Assembly: GCA_951406725.2 (NCBI GenBank)
Contig: OX597822.1
Location: 93,930,001 to 93,994,000, forward strand
Direction of reading: 5' to 3'
Length of the DNA stretch: 64,000 bases
Origin: Octopus vulgaris
Lineage: Eukaryota
The notes beneath the pieces are model-generated. The model ran no database searches. It was not told the origin of the DNA and saw only the letters and a list, made by a program, of their open reading frames with translations. Below, in pieces: positions 1 through 12,020 of the stretch; the stretch's first letter is position 1; every line of letters begins with the position of its first letter. Position numbers and translations under genes: made by a program.

Positions 1-399
1 TTCGCAATGGGGTCGATATAATCGACTAAATCCCTTTGTCTGTCCTTGTTTGTCCCCTCTATGTTTAGCCCCTTGTGGGCAATAAAGAAATATATATTGT
101 TATCACACGAACCTATCCCCTTGTGTAAGGGCCAAATAGGCCCCGTAGAAAAATACACACGTCCAGAGTGCCCTGCAGTAAGACCGAACCTGATATCAAA
201 TAGTTGCAAAACGAACTTCTTAATTACAGGGCCACATATGCATCTGAACAACAATAGGTAAAATTTTCTGGAATTTTCTTGGGAGTTGCGGGTGGTGGTT
301 GTGTTGAAAAGACAATATTTTATTTCTATGCTACGTTATTACTTGCTCAATTTATATATTTTTTTATATGGAAGAATAATTTTCTTTAAAAAAAATGTT

Positions 400-815
400 G
401 GAACTTTACGGTTTGAACGGCAGTTTTTTCTTGCGGTGTCATATGAAATTGTCACCCATAATTATGACCCTAGAATCGATCTATTGCATTTCAATCTCTT
501 TTAGGGTCAGGGTTAGGGGTGGGGGGAAGGGTATCTTTTTTTCTTCACAAATGTAAATAAACCCAATCTGTTTCTTAAACGTGGGACATATTCATACGGC
601 ACAGAATGCTTTTTAACTCAATAGACGTCAGTGATTGGTTGAAATTGCAGAAATTGAAGAAAAAAACCCCAAATATCTTACAAACTATAGAATTTCCTCA
701 ATAAAGCCAAGAGAAAAAGATGTTTTATAAACACATTCTACCAGTATACGAAGTTTAAAATTTTTTAGTTACCTAGAAATTATGTTAAAAACTGCCGTTC
801 AAACCGAAAAGATCC
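400..815. mobile_element. MITE with GGATCTTTTCGGTTTGAACGGCAG TIRs and internal TTAGGG tract (Merlin-like family)
   Basis: Slightly degenerate left TIR at 400; right TIR ends at 815. Body nearly identical to the other copies. Confidence 0.85.
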
Positions 816-1662
816 AAACATTTTATCCAAATATAACTCGTACTTCCCAATTTGGTTATCTTAGTTATCTTATCAGAAGCAATCTCATCAAGTTATTTTT
901 GTGGCTTAAAGCCATCTTTGTTATTTTCTGCTTTCGCATGACCTACATTCTATTTTACGATATCGGTGAATGACCGATTCAAAGCAAGGCTGTTGTTAAG
1001 GAGATTGTGTTTTTCTTTTTTATCAGGACAATGACGTCATAATTAGGGACTCTATTGAATTATTTTTGTGTTATTCATGATCTAAATAATAATAGTTCCA
1101 TCTTTTTTTCTTTTTGTTTTTTTCACAAGAAAGCAAGATCAGTGGACATTATACGACTTGATAGAGTCGCTAGAACGTCGGATAAAATCTTGAGTTCGAA
1201 TCTCACCGGGGTCGTTTTTGCCTTTCATCCTTTCGGGGCCAATTAAAATGTACCTATCTAGGATGGAGGATTGGCGGAACTGCAAAACCATTAAATCGGA
1301 GGCCTAATGATATTTGTTCCCGCTCTTCGCGTCCCGTGTTCAAATCTCGCCATAGCGATCTCAAATGGCAAACATAATCGGTCGTCGAATTTAACACCAA
1401 CACCTGACACTTTGGGTGTTTTTAGTAGAATCCACTTTGTTACGAGAATTTGGGCCAAGTTTCTGGTTTGAGAATATCAGCTTCTATCCTTCGCTCCCTT
1501 CCTTTTTCATTCCCAGCAGTCACGGAGGCCCTATACGGAATCATTTACATTTGCTTCCCTCTTGTCTAGAAAATGATTCTTTTTTTAATTATTCAATATG
1601 GAAGCAAAACGAAGAATAATCTTTGGTTTATGTTCTTTTCATCGGTAATAAACATGAAATCA

Positions 1663-2215
1663 AAGGCGGCGAGCTGGTAGAAACGTTTGCACGCCGGGCA
1701 AAATGCTTTGCGGTATTTCGTCTGCCGCTACGTTCTTAGTTCAAATTTCGCCGAGGTCGACTTTGCCTTTCATCCTTTCGGGGTCGATAAATTAAGGACC
1801 AGTTACGCACTGGGATCGATATAATCGACTTAATCCGTTTGTCTGTCCTTGTTTGTTCCCTCTGTGTTTAGCCCCTTGTGGGTAGTAAAGAAATAGGTAT
1901 TTCGTCTGCCGCTACGTTCTGAGTTTAAATTCCGCCGAGGTCAACTTTGCCTTTCATCCTTTCGGGGTCGATAAATTAAGGACCAGTTACTGGGGTCGAT
2001 ATAATCGACTTAATCCATTTGTCTGTCCTTGTTTGTTCTCTCTGTGTTTAGCCCCTTGTGGGTAGTAAAGAAATAGGTATTTCGTCCCGCCGAGGTCGAC
2101 TTTACCTTAGATCCTTTCGGGGTCGATAAATTAAGAACCAGTTGCGTACTGGGGTCGATCTAATCGACTGGCCCCCTCCTCTAAAATTTCGGGCCTTGTA
2201 CCTAGAGAAGAAAAA
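1663..2215 (+). mobile_element. Trimeric tRNA-derived SINE with Meta-like domain and L1/Tx1-like tail
   Basis: Head aggcggcgagctgg... with B-box-like gttcaaat. Three tandem gtcgactttgcctttcatcctttcggggtcgataaa modules joined at aaata|ggtatttcgtc. Confidence 0.85.
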
Positions 2216-2414
2216 TAAAAAAAGAAAAAGAAAAAAGAAAAAAAAAAGAATAAACATGTAATAAGATTTGTGATGTGAATTGTAATATCATTTAATGTTG
2301 TATTGTTATAGACAAGTGTCGCTTCTACGGCATATTATGTCTATTTTCATTGAACTTTATTGCTGAAATGAGAAAGGCAAATCGAACTAGATAAATCTGG
2401 TTTTTTTTAAAAAT

Positions 2415-2767
2415 CTTTTTGCTTGTTTCAGTCATTAGACTGTGGCCATGCAGGTGTACCATTTTGAAGTGTTTTAGTCGAACGAATCGACTCCAAGACA
2501 CATTTTATTAAAGCACGGTACTTATTCTATCGTTCCTTTCACCGAACTGCTAGGTTATGGGGACGTAAACACACCAACACCAGTTGTCAAGTGGTGAGTG
2601 GTGGACAAACACATATACAAAGACACATACGCACACGCACGCTCGCATATTGAGTTAGGGCATAATTAACGATCGTTTTATTTTATTTTGGTGATGTAAT
2701 TTTTCGCGCAAATCCACCCAGCCGTTTGACTGTGAATCCCAAGATAAGAAAGAATCACCTATGTCGA

Positions 2768-2821
<54 letters not shown>

Positions 2822-3360
2822 CGTGGCACTCCGTCGTTTACGACGACGAGCGTTCCAGTTGATCCGATCAATGGAACAGCCTGCTCTTGAAATTAACGTG
2901 CAAGTGGCTGAGCACTCCACAGACACGTGTACCCTTAGCGTAGTTCTCGGGGAGACTCAGCGTGACACAGAGTGTGACAAGGCTGGCCCTCTGAAATACA
3001 GGTAGAACAGAAACAGAAAGAAAGAGTGAAAGTTGTAGCGAAAGAGTAAAGCAGGGTTCGCCACCACCCCCTGCTTTAGGTGTTTTTGCTCAATAAACAC
3101 TTACAACGCCCTGTCTAGGAATCGAAACTGCGATTCTACGACCGCGAGACCATTGCACCTCAATTCTCTCTCTCTTTATCTCACTCACACACACACACAC
3201 ACACACATATGGTTTCTTTCAGTTCCTATCTACCAAATCCACTCACAAGGCTTTGGTCGACCCGAGGCTATAGTAGAAGACACTTGCTGAAGGTGCCACA
3301 AAGTGTGACTGAACCCGGAACCGTGTGGTTGGAAAGCAAACTCCTTACTACAGAGCCACG
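2415..3360 (-). mobile_element. CORE-like tRNA SINE (gtggctgtgtggtaag family) interrupted by (TA)n and a second SINE (2822-3160)
   Basis: 3' part at 2415-2650 and head at 3180-3360 match the intact copy at 42322-42740. The inner piece matches the 6438-6766 family. Confidence 0.75.
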
Positions 3361-3656
3361 TATAATGATTATATGATATACTTCATTCTATTAAGCATAA
3401 ATCAAATCACCAACGAATAAAATAAATCAACCTTAGCAATACAGTTTCTTTCCTTTGAAATAAAAAGGAACAACCGATAAAAGAACAGTTTACAAAGCAA
3501 AATTATTTGTTGGAAAATAAGACAGTTTACAAAATTAAACGATAGGAAGAAAGAACATATATAAATATATAAATAAATATATAAAAATACCCGCACTCAA
3601 TTAAAAATCATATCAGAGACCACTGTTGTTTTCTTCTAAAAATTTTGAGGCAACTC

Positions 3657-4078
3657 GGATCTTTTCGGTTTGAACGGCAGTTTTTTCTAGCGGTGTCATA
3701 TGAAATTGTCACCCATAATTATGACCCTAGTATCGATCTATTGCATTTCAATCTGTTTTAGGGTTAAGGTTAGGGTTAGAGGTGGGGGGAAGGATATCTT
3801 TTTTTTCTTCACAAATGTAAATAAACCCAATCTGCTTCTTAAACGAGCGGCATATTCATACGGCACAGAATGTTGTTTACCTCAATGGACGTCAGTGATT
3901 GGTTGAAATTGCAGAAATTGAAGAAAAAACCACAGATATCTTACAAACTATAGAATTTCCTCAATAAAGCCAAGAGAAAAAGATGTTTTATAAACACATT
4001 CTACCAGTACACGAAGTTTAAAATTTTTTAGTTACCTAGAAATTATGTTAAAAATTGCCGTTCAAACCGAAAAGATCC
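3657..4078. mobile_element. Merlin-like telomeric-repeat MITE, complete
   Basis: TIRs GGATCTTTTCGGTTTGAACGGCA at both ends; 8-bp TSD GGCAACTC at 3649-3656 and 4079-4086. Confidence 0.92.
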
Positions 4079-4699
4079 GGCAACTCGAAACTTTGTATTA
4101 ACGTATGTGCTGATGAGACTAAGACGCTGAAGCAGCCAAACATCTCATAAACGTCACCTGATTATTCGGTAAGACGAGACTTCAATGATGTCAAAAACTT
4201 CATTGTCAACACTTCAGATACTTCGAACGACTTAAAAGCCACACGTTAAAACTACGGCATTTTATTGCTCTATTCTAACTGAAGATGCTGAACACTTCGA
4301 CATTACTTAAAGCATTAAAAAATGTGATTTGTTTCATCATACTGTCAATAGATAATTTTATTCTCAGAAGAGATTTGTTGTAGGAACATTTCTAAGTTAT
4401 TGCCCTTAGTTGGGGAAATATATGCGTACATCCATTAATGAGACAATTGATGATGACCGGCAATCAAATTGATTGAAATGAAGTGTGGGCATAATTATTG
4501 AAAATCTACAAATGAGAGATGAGCAGTTTGTCAGCTCAAAAGAAAACATTCACTTCCTCCTGTAAATATTAGTTTGGGAAGGAGGAATTATTTATGAAAG
4601 CTCAAACAGTGCCCTACTCATAGGCAGACTTATTCCTAAGAGCTCAACGTCATAAAGAAGGGAGATAAGCACTAACCCTTAACATTGTTTTTGATGTAG

Positions 4700-6233
4700 G
4701 TACAAAAGCAGTAATTCTTGGGGGTGGGGTCTGTTAGTAGATACTCACTTAACTGATACTTCATTTTATCATATACGGAGAAATGAAAGGAAAATCTGAA
4801 GTCGGTGGAATTTGAACTTAGAACGTAAAAAATCGAGACAAATTCCGTAAAGCATTTTCTCGATGCTAAGACGGTTCTGCTAACACTCCACCCTAATATG
4901 CCTTTAATATTCAGAATCGGGAGCATGCCGGGAATAATGCTTAACGGCATTTCGTTCGTTATCACGTTCTGAGTTCAAACTCCGTCGAAGTCAACTTTGC
5001 CTTTCATCCTTTCGGAGGTCGATAAATCAAATACCAGTTGAACACTGGGGTCAATGTAATCGACTTAGCCCCTCCCCTGAACTTGCTGGCCTTGTGCCTA
5101 TATTTGAAACCAATATTCTTTCTAATTATCTCCAGTTTTTTAGCACAAGGCCAGTAATTTTGAGGGGGGAAATTGATTACATTTACTTCAGTACTCAAAT
5201 CGTACTGTATTTTATAGATTCCCGAAGAACAAAAGGTTGGCATTGGCGGAGTTTGAACTCAGAACCTAATAGTATAAAGAATCGAAAGAAATGCTGCTAA
5301 ACCTTTTATCCAATGTGCTAACGATTCTGTCAGTTCCCCACCTTGTCCTGATTTTAAAACTGGTTCAAAATTTTGGCACAAGGCTAGTCATTTCTGGGAG
5401 GAGTAAGTCGACAACGTCGACCCCGGTCCTCAACTAATACTTATTTTATCAACCGCCGAAAGGATGCAAGGTAAAGTCGACTTCGGTGGAATTTGAACTC
5501 AGAACTTCAAGACGGACGACATGCCGCGAAGAATTTTACCCAGCTTGGTGACGATTCTGCCAGCTCACCGCCTTACCTTCCTTTAACACTAATTTCAAAT
5601 TTTGGAACAAGGCCAGCAATTCCGTGGAAAGGTGTAGGTCGATTACATCGATCCCAGTGCTCAACTGGTACTTATTTTATCCTTTCGGGATCGATAAAAT
5701 AGTACTAGGGGATCGATATAATCGACTTACCCTCCCCCGGCAGTGCTGTCTTTGTGCCAAAATTTGAAACCAATATTTACCAGTGACAAATATGTTTTCT
5801 TTACTGCTCAATAATTTCTAATTTCTTTGTTGCCCACAAGGGGCTAAACATAGAGGGGACAAACAAAGACAGACAAAGCGATTAAGTCGATTACATCGAC
5901 CCCAGTGCATAACTGATACTTAATTTATCGACCCCGCAAGGATAAAAGGTAAAGTCGACCTCGGCGGAATTTGGACTCAGAACGTAAAGACAGACGAAAT
6001 ATCTATTTCTTTACTACCCATAAGGGGCTAAACACAGAGAGGTCAAACAAGGACAGACAAACGGATTAAGTCGATTATATCGACCCCAGTGCGTAACTGG
6101 TACTTATTTAATCGACCCCGAAAGGATGAAAGGCAAAGTCGACCTTGGCGGAATTTGAACTCAGAACGTAGCTGCAGGCGAAGTACGGCAACGAATTTCG
6201 CCCGGCGTGCTAACGTTTCTGCCAGCTCACCAT
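4700..6233. mobile_element. Cluster of about six Meta-domain SINE copies in both orientations, including a minus-strand dimer at 5820-6233
   Basis: Repeated gaaaggatgaaaggcaaagtcgacc and gcctttcatcctttcgg motifs with tRNA-like heads. Confidence 0.8.
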
Positions 6234-6437
6234 TTTAAAAATTACGGCTCAATAATTTCTAATTAACTTTTTAATGTTCACGTGGTTAATTGAGTTAACT
6301 TTTGCAGTATAAAAAACATGGAACAAAGAAAGAACGGAAGATATGAATGGAAAAGGATGTGAAAAGGTCAGACAGAAAGAAAATGATAAAAATATTCTAA
6401 GAAATCAGTCAATTACATTTTATATTCTTTCTTATAA

Positions 6438-6766
6438 CAGCCTGCTCGTGAAATTAACGTGTAAGTGGCTGAGCACTCCACAGACACGTGTACCCTTAAC
6501 GTAGTTCTCGGGGATATTCAGCGTGACACAGAGAGTGACAAGGCCGGCCCCTTGAAATACAGGCACAACAGAAACAGGAAGTAAGAGTGCGAGAAAGTTG
6601 TGGTGAAAGAGTACAGCAGGGATCACCACCATCCCCTGCCTGAGCCTCGTGGAGCTTTTAGGTGTTTTCGCTCAATAAACACTCACAACGCCCGGTCTGG
6701 GAATCGAAACCGCGTTCCTATGACCGCGAGTCCGCTGCCCTAACCACTGGGCCATTGCGCCTCCAC
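6438..6766 (-). mobile_element. tRNA-derived SINE (gtggaggcgcaatggcccagtggttag head)
   Basis: A-box tggcccagtgg and B-box ggtttcgattccc on the minus strand; 16-bp TSD ATATTCTTTCTTATAA at 6422-6437 and 6767-6782. Confidence 0.9.
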
Positions 6767-7011
6767 ATATTCTTTCTTATAAACAGCAGTTGGTAGAATT
6801 GCCTGGAAATTATCCTAGTGGGGGGTTTGTAATAGTAGCATTCCAACTGTTGCTCTGCTATGTTACCTTCTCGACTGATGCTTTTTTAAAGAAGAATATT
6901 CTTCCTGATAAAAACATGTAGATCTTAATCCTACTTTCAAATTCGGTTAATTCATCAAAAGTAATTGAAGCACATCGCAGCTATTATTTTCGTGGGATGA
7001 AGCCATCTTTG

Positions 7012-7305
7012 TTCATCATCATCATTGTTCGACCGTGGTCGAGACAGTGGAAGTTACTATGCTACGCCAGACTTCACGGTCCATCATAGCATTACGGAGG
7101 TCCTGTTGCTGGATGCCTGTGTCCCTGGAGATTACATCAGGGTAGGAGTGTGTGCGCCCTCTGGTATCGCGAGTAGATGGCTTCCTGAGGAGAAGAGTAG
7201 AAATTGCCTCGTTTTCAGCTCTACAACAATATCCGGCAAACTGGACTCTCCTACCTTTCACAAGAGATGATACAGGTGGTAGTTTCCCATATATTTTGTA
7301 CTTTG
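7012..7305 (-). mobile_element. RTE-type LINE 3' fragment with (TGA)n tail
   Basis: ORF 7022..7315 KGRRVQFAGYCCR...AMMDREVWR is a typical RTE C-terminus. Near-identical shorter copies at 30505-30702 and 35140-35310. Confidence 0.8.
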
Positions 7306-8365
7306 TTAATTTCAAGGCTCTCGTGACCTATATATTTAATGTTAGGGGATCAAGGGATGTAGATGCTGTGTTGTTTCGAAAAGGTCTTGAAATGGACCAT
7401 CTTTGTGAACTCAGAAGGCAGGTTAGTGATGCCGGACGTATCCAACAACGAGGGCTATACCTTTATACTAGTAGTCTCTACGCTCCAAGAGGGGCTAGGT
7501 GGCAAGCTTTCTTTAGGTGTCAAAAGGTCCTCTATGGAATCTTACACCTTTTAGTACGAGTAGATGATTGGTATTCCATCTTAGATGCACGCTAGGATTG
7601 TGAGGGACTAGCTGACAGGAGAGGGGATGCTGGAACCGCCTAAACAGGCTCAGACATTTCCAACTAATAGGTACGGGCTTGATTTCTCGAATGTGGCATT
7701 GTGGATATGAAGAAACAACATCGGATCATTCAGACCTTATACAGATTGAGTATTCTGCAGGCCAGTAGATAGAAATATCGTAGATAATAAAAAAAATTCA
7801 AAGCTGTGGGCTTCGTAGGCAAGGCTCGGATTATTGGAAGTTGAACGCATTGTTTCCGGCATGCCAAGCATGCAGAGACTGGCTTAAGGAATTAGTTGAG
7901 CGGAGGTTGACGGGAGAAATCGTTAACAACAAAGAATGCTAAAAAGAATGATTAGCATAGAATCGATATGGTTTAGTAAGAAAGGAACAATAGATAAAAC
8001 TAGAGTAGAAGAAAACCTACTTATAAAAGGCAATTAGAAAAGACATCGCAACCGACATGCTTGCGGTGCGATTGGCTCTCAATTAATTCTTCAACACTTG
8101 GGTAAGCACGAAGATTGCGTTGTCAGAGCTTAGGTGCGTGCTCCAAGACGCGAAGGAATAACACCCATTTAATGAGCTCGAGTGGAAAGGTGCAACGTGT
8201 CAAATAAATAAAGAAAGAAAAAAAGAAGAAAGTCCGCTAGAGTCACACAATTCGGTGTTCTGCCGACTATAATGAGCGATGGCTACGGCCAGCAAGCAAC
8301 ACTTTGACTCGAGTGGTACTTAACGATAATAGCAGCAAACCTGAAGGTTTTTATGTATTCCAAAT
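7305..8365 (+). pseudogene. Degraded L1/Tx1-clade ORF2 N-terminus (APE endonuclease and linker)
   Basis: Frameshifted motifs in order: FNVRG, AVLFRKGL, EGRLVM.DV, SLYAP, DDWYSILD (GDWN), SDH, YWKLN, CVVRA.VRA. Confidence 0.7.
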
Positions 8366-8620
8366 CGTATGTAGGGACTCTTTGAATTGTTAGTCATTGG
8401 TAATTTAATTTATACTACTTAATCAGGTATCGTGTCATGACTAATTTCTGATTGATCGTCTTCAATGGCATCAGCATAATGTTATCACATGTTTTTTTTA
8501 CAGAGCTTGTATCATTTCATCAGTTCATGTCAACGATGATGTTCGCTGTTTAAACAACTTCAAATAACGGACTCTAGTCTTCACTAAGCAGTAAAGGACT
8601 ATAAAAGTCTTTGAATTACA

Positions 8621-8986
<366 letters not shown>

Positions 8987-9180
8987 TTCGTGCTAGCTAG
9001 CTGAGCACGAACAATTTAATTCTCAGTAGGAGCAGATGATATCAGCTTATGATTACATGAAGGCTTTTCTCACATTTTAAAACTGGTTTACAGTGACTCG
9101 TAGACTTCTTCTGAATCGACCTACGCCCTTCCCTGAAATTGCTGACCTACCGAAATTTGAAGTCATTATCATTACGAAGA

Positions 9181-9578
9181 AGGCGGCGAGCTGGCAGAAA
9201 CGTTAGCACGCCGGGCGAAATGCGTAGCCATATTTCGCGTGCCGTTACGTTCTGAGTTCAAATTTCGCCGAGGTCGACTTTGCCTTTCATCCTTTCGGGG
9301 TCGATTAAATAAGTACCAGTTACGCACTGGGGTCGATATAATCGACTTAATCCGTTTGTCTGTCCTTGTTTGTCCTCTCTGTGTTTATCCCCTTGTGGGT
9401 AGTAAAGAAATAGGTATTTCGTCCATCTTTACGTTCTGAGTTCAAATTCCGCCGAGGTCGACTTTGCCTTTCTTCCTTTCGGGGTCGATAAATTAGGTAC
9501 CAGTGGAACACTGAGGTCGAAATAATCGACTATCCCTCTCCCCAACACTTCAGGCCTTGTGCCTATAGTAGAAAGGAT
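9181..9578 (+). mobile_element. Dimeric Meta-domain SINE
   Basis: Same head and agtaaagaaata|ggtatttcgtc junction as 1663-2215. Confidence 0.85.
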
Positions 9579-10306
9579 TAATATTATTTGTTGTTATTAT
9601 TGCTGAAAGCATTTTCCTCTTATGTCATTTCTGTAATTAAAAAGTAATTTTCACAATTAACATCAAAGTTATCAGTTTTGAGATGATAATATTTTACTGC
9701 TTGCTTTATTGAATGAGTCGACCCGTTCGTAGCACCATTCAGTTTGAGATGATATTTTGGTGAGTCCAATTTAGTTAAAATTTTCTGAACTGGGACAGAC
9801 CCCAAACCATTTTTAGACCTTTGAACATTTTGGAAGTATTCTCTTTGCACTTTACCGCTTCAAGATTCATATCAAAACAATGGAGATCTTCAGCCTACAG
9901 GTAAAATGAATCAATAGTTATGGGAATGTTTTCCATATATTTTATACGTGACTAATCAAGGAAAATTATTTCCCAAGCTTTACTAACTGGACAGGTATTT
10001 TGACTTGTGGCTTCTGAAAATCTAAATTTTTGACAATCTGAGCAAACTTAGTATATTGTTCGAATGAATGCAATGAACCAGGCTACTATGAATAACTTCT
10101 TTATCATTTTTGCTTTTTACCTTCCCTGTTTCTATGTCCTAAGGGTTATCGTTTATTTCCCCAAGAATGTTGTCGCTGAATCCGGGATAAAACTACCTGT
10201 TTTTATGATAGATCACATTATTTTCAACAAGTTGTCTTACAGCAATATTTTTAAAACAAGAACACTCAGAGAGCGCAAACCTCTGCCAAAGCAACACCAA
10301 TGTCCT

Positions 10307-12005
10307 TAATTTTTTATTACTCACAAGGGGCTAAAAATAGAAGTTATACATTACAAAGACAAAACAAAGCACATAATCGGGGAATTAAAAGTACAGAAAA
10401 ATCGAGTAAGGAAGAAAAAATAAAAAGAACGAATGAAAATATGAAAATGAATAAAATGAAGCGCAATGCTCACTCGACCCCCGAAGTCGAGTGGTTACAT
10501 TTAGTAATTATTTTGGACAGATTTTTCCCTCTTTTTTCCATTTTTTTTTTTAATCAAAAAGTTCACATCTACATTTTTTTAATATTGTTCATATCAGATT
10601 TTATATTTTTTTCTAAAATTTTTCAACTCTTCATGTTCAACCTCGGGCGACAGGGTATCATACAACACCGGCCCGTCAACCATAGTCACCAATTCTCCAT
10701 ACGAATCCATGAACTCGTCGTATCTATCGTCAGTTAATAGAACACACCTTTCATCCTCCTTGAATTTCTCCATGGGCAGCTTTACCCTTACTAATCCCTT
10801 CCACTTGGATATTCGGATCTTTTCGGTTTGAACGGCAGTTTTTAACATAATTTCTAGGTAACTAAAAATTTTAAACTTCGTATACTGGTAGAATGTGTTT
10901 ATAAAACATCTTTTTTCTTGGCTTTATTGAGAAAATTCTATAGTTTGTAAGATATTTGTTGTTTTTTTAACTTCAATTTCTGCAATTTCAACCAATAAAT
11001 GACGTCCATTGAGGTAAAAAAAACATTCTGTGTCGTATGAATATGTCCCTCGTTTAAGAAACAGATTGGGTTTATTTACATTCGTGAAGAAAAAAAGATA
11101 CCCTACCCCAAGATGGCCCGCGCCGGGGCACTGCGTCCCCACACGGCCTCCCACTCGGCACTCGCAGCAATTCGGCCGACGATCCCCAACAACAACCTTG
11201 AGGGACCCCCCCCTGCAACCTCCCGGCAATCTCCAAAGCTCTCGAAAGTGGCAAAAAGTCACATCTCGACACCGTATCCCCACTGGTTTAACACGCTCAC
11301 TCCTCCCACGGTCCCAACTGGGGACCTTCCGCCTCGGCGGCAGCCAGAACAGCTGCCGTCAACCACTCCGTCTCAACATCTGGTGGCACTCCTCTGACCC
11401 GAACCCGAACACCCCGCCCGCCCCCACACGTGGGCAGCAGCGTACCCCGCCGTTCATAGAACATTGGCGGAATGCGAGGCCGCCCCATCCCCGGCAGCAA
11501 ACCCCACCTCCACCGCTCCAAACTTCCTCCCTAATCACGGATCCCAAGCACTCCTCCACATCGTCCTCCGACAGCATCTCAATCCCACCGGCGGCGACCG
11601 CCCGCGTGCGACATACCACCGTCCAACCGCTCCCACTGCTGACCGTCCCCTCTTGAGGGACCAGCCCCACTGCGCCTCATTCCTTGCACAAACCGCTTGC
11701 CTCCCACCACCTCTTCCATATTCACCCTTATCCGCCTCGGCCCCAACGGTGCAGCTGCTCCCACCGCAGAGGCCCCTGTACAGCCTTCCACAATGAAAAG
11801 CCAAACTTTTCACCCCCACAATGGGGAGAAAAACGGCAAAAACACAACAGAATAAAACAACTACGCGCGAGTTGCTTCAACAATAATTTTCAACAGCAAT
11901 AAAAAAAAAAACAATTTCAAAAATGGACAGTCTCAAAGAGAAAGCCCTCAACAATCCAACCGTGGTTTAAAATGGCGAGACTCAAACAAACAAGTTGCTA
12001 CTCTG
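10307..12005 (-). mobile_element. ORF1-only (HAL1-like) non-LTR retroelement A, A-to-G hypermutated and interrupted by a MITE
   Basis: Minus-strand pieces RKFGAVEVGF..LLPTCGG.RGVRVRVRGVPPDVETEWL, NQWGYGVE, knuckle C-x2-C-x4-R-x4-C, C-terminal RISKWKGLVRVKL..; 3' tail cccttgtgagtaataaaaaa. No RT seen. Confidence 0.75.
10815..11110. mobile_element. Merlin-like MITE, truncated just before its telomeric tract, inside element A
   Basis: TIR starts at 10815; similarity ends at aaagataccctacccc. Confidence 0.85.
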
Positions 12006-12020
12006 AAACAGCGACGTCCT

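Noticed and set aside
4083-4120. GAAA...CTGATGA arrangement resembling a type II hammerhead
   Set aside because: Stems I and II do not pair adequately.
9777-9894. Possible minus-strand terminal exon AEDLHCFDMNLEAVKCKENTSKMFKGLKMVWGLSQFRKF*
   Set aside because: The acceptor is plausible, but I recognise no homology and found no partner exons. Needs RNA-seq.
11030-11902. Cluster of overlapping GC-rich ORFs suggesting a host gene or CpG-island promoter
   Set aside because: Better explained by stop-codon loss in the A>G-mutated ORF1 of element A.
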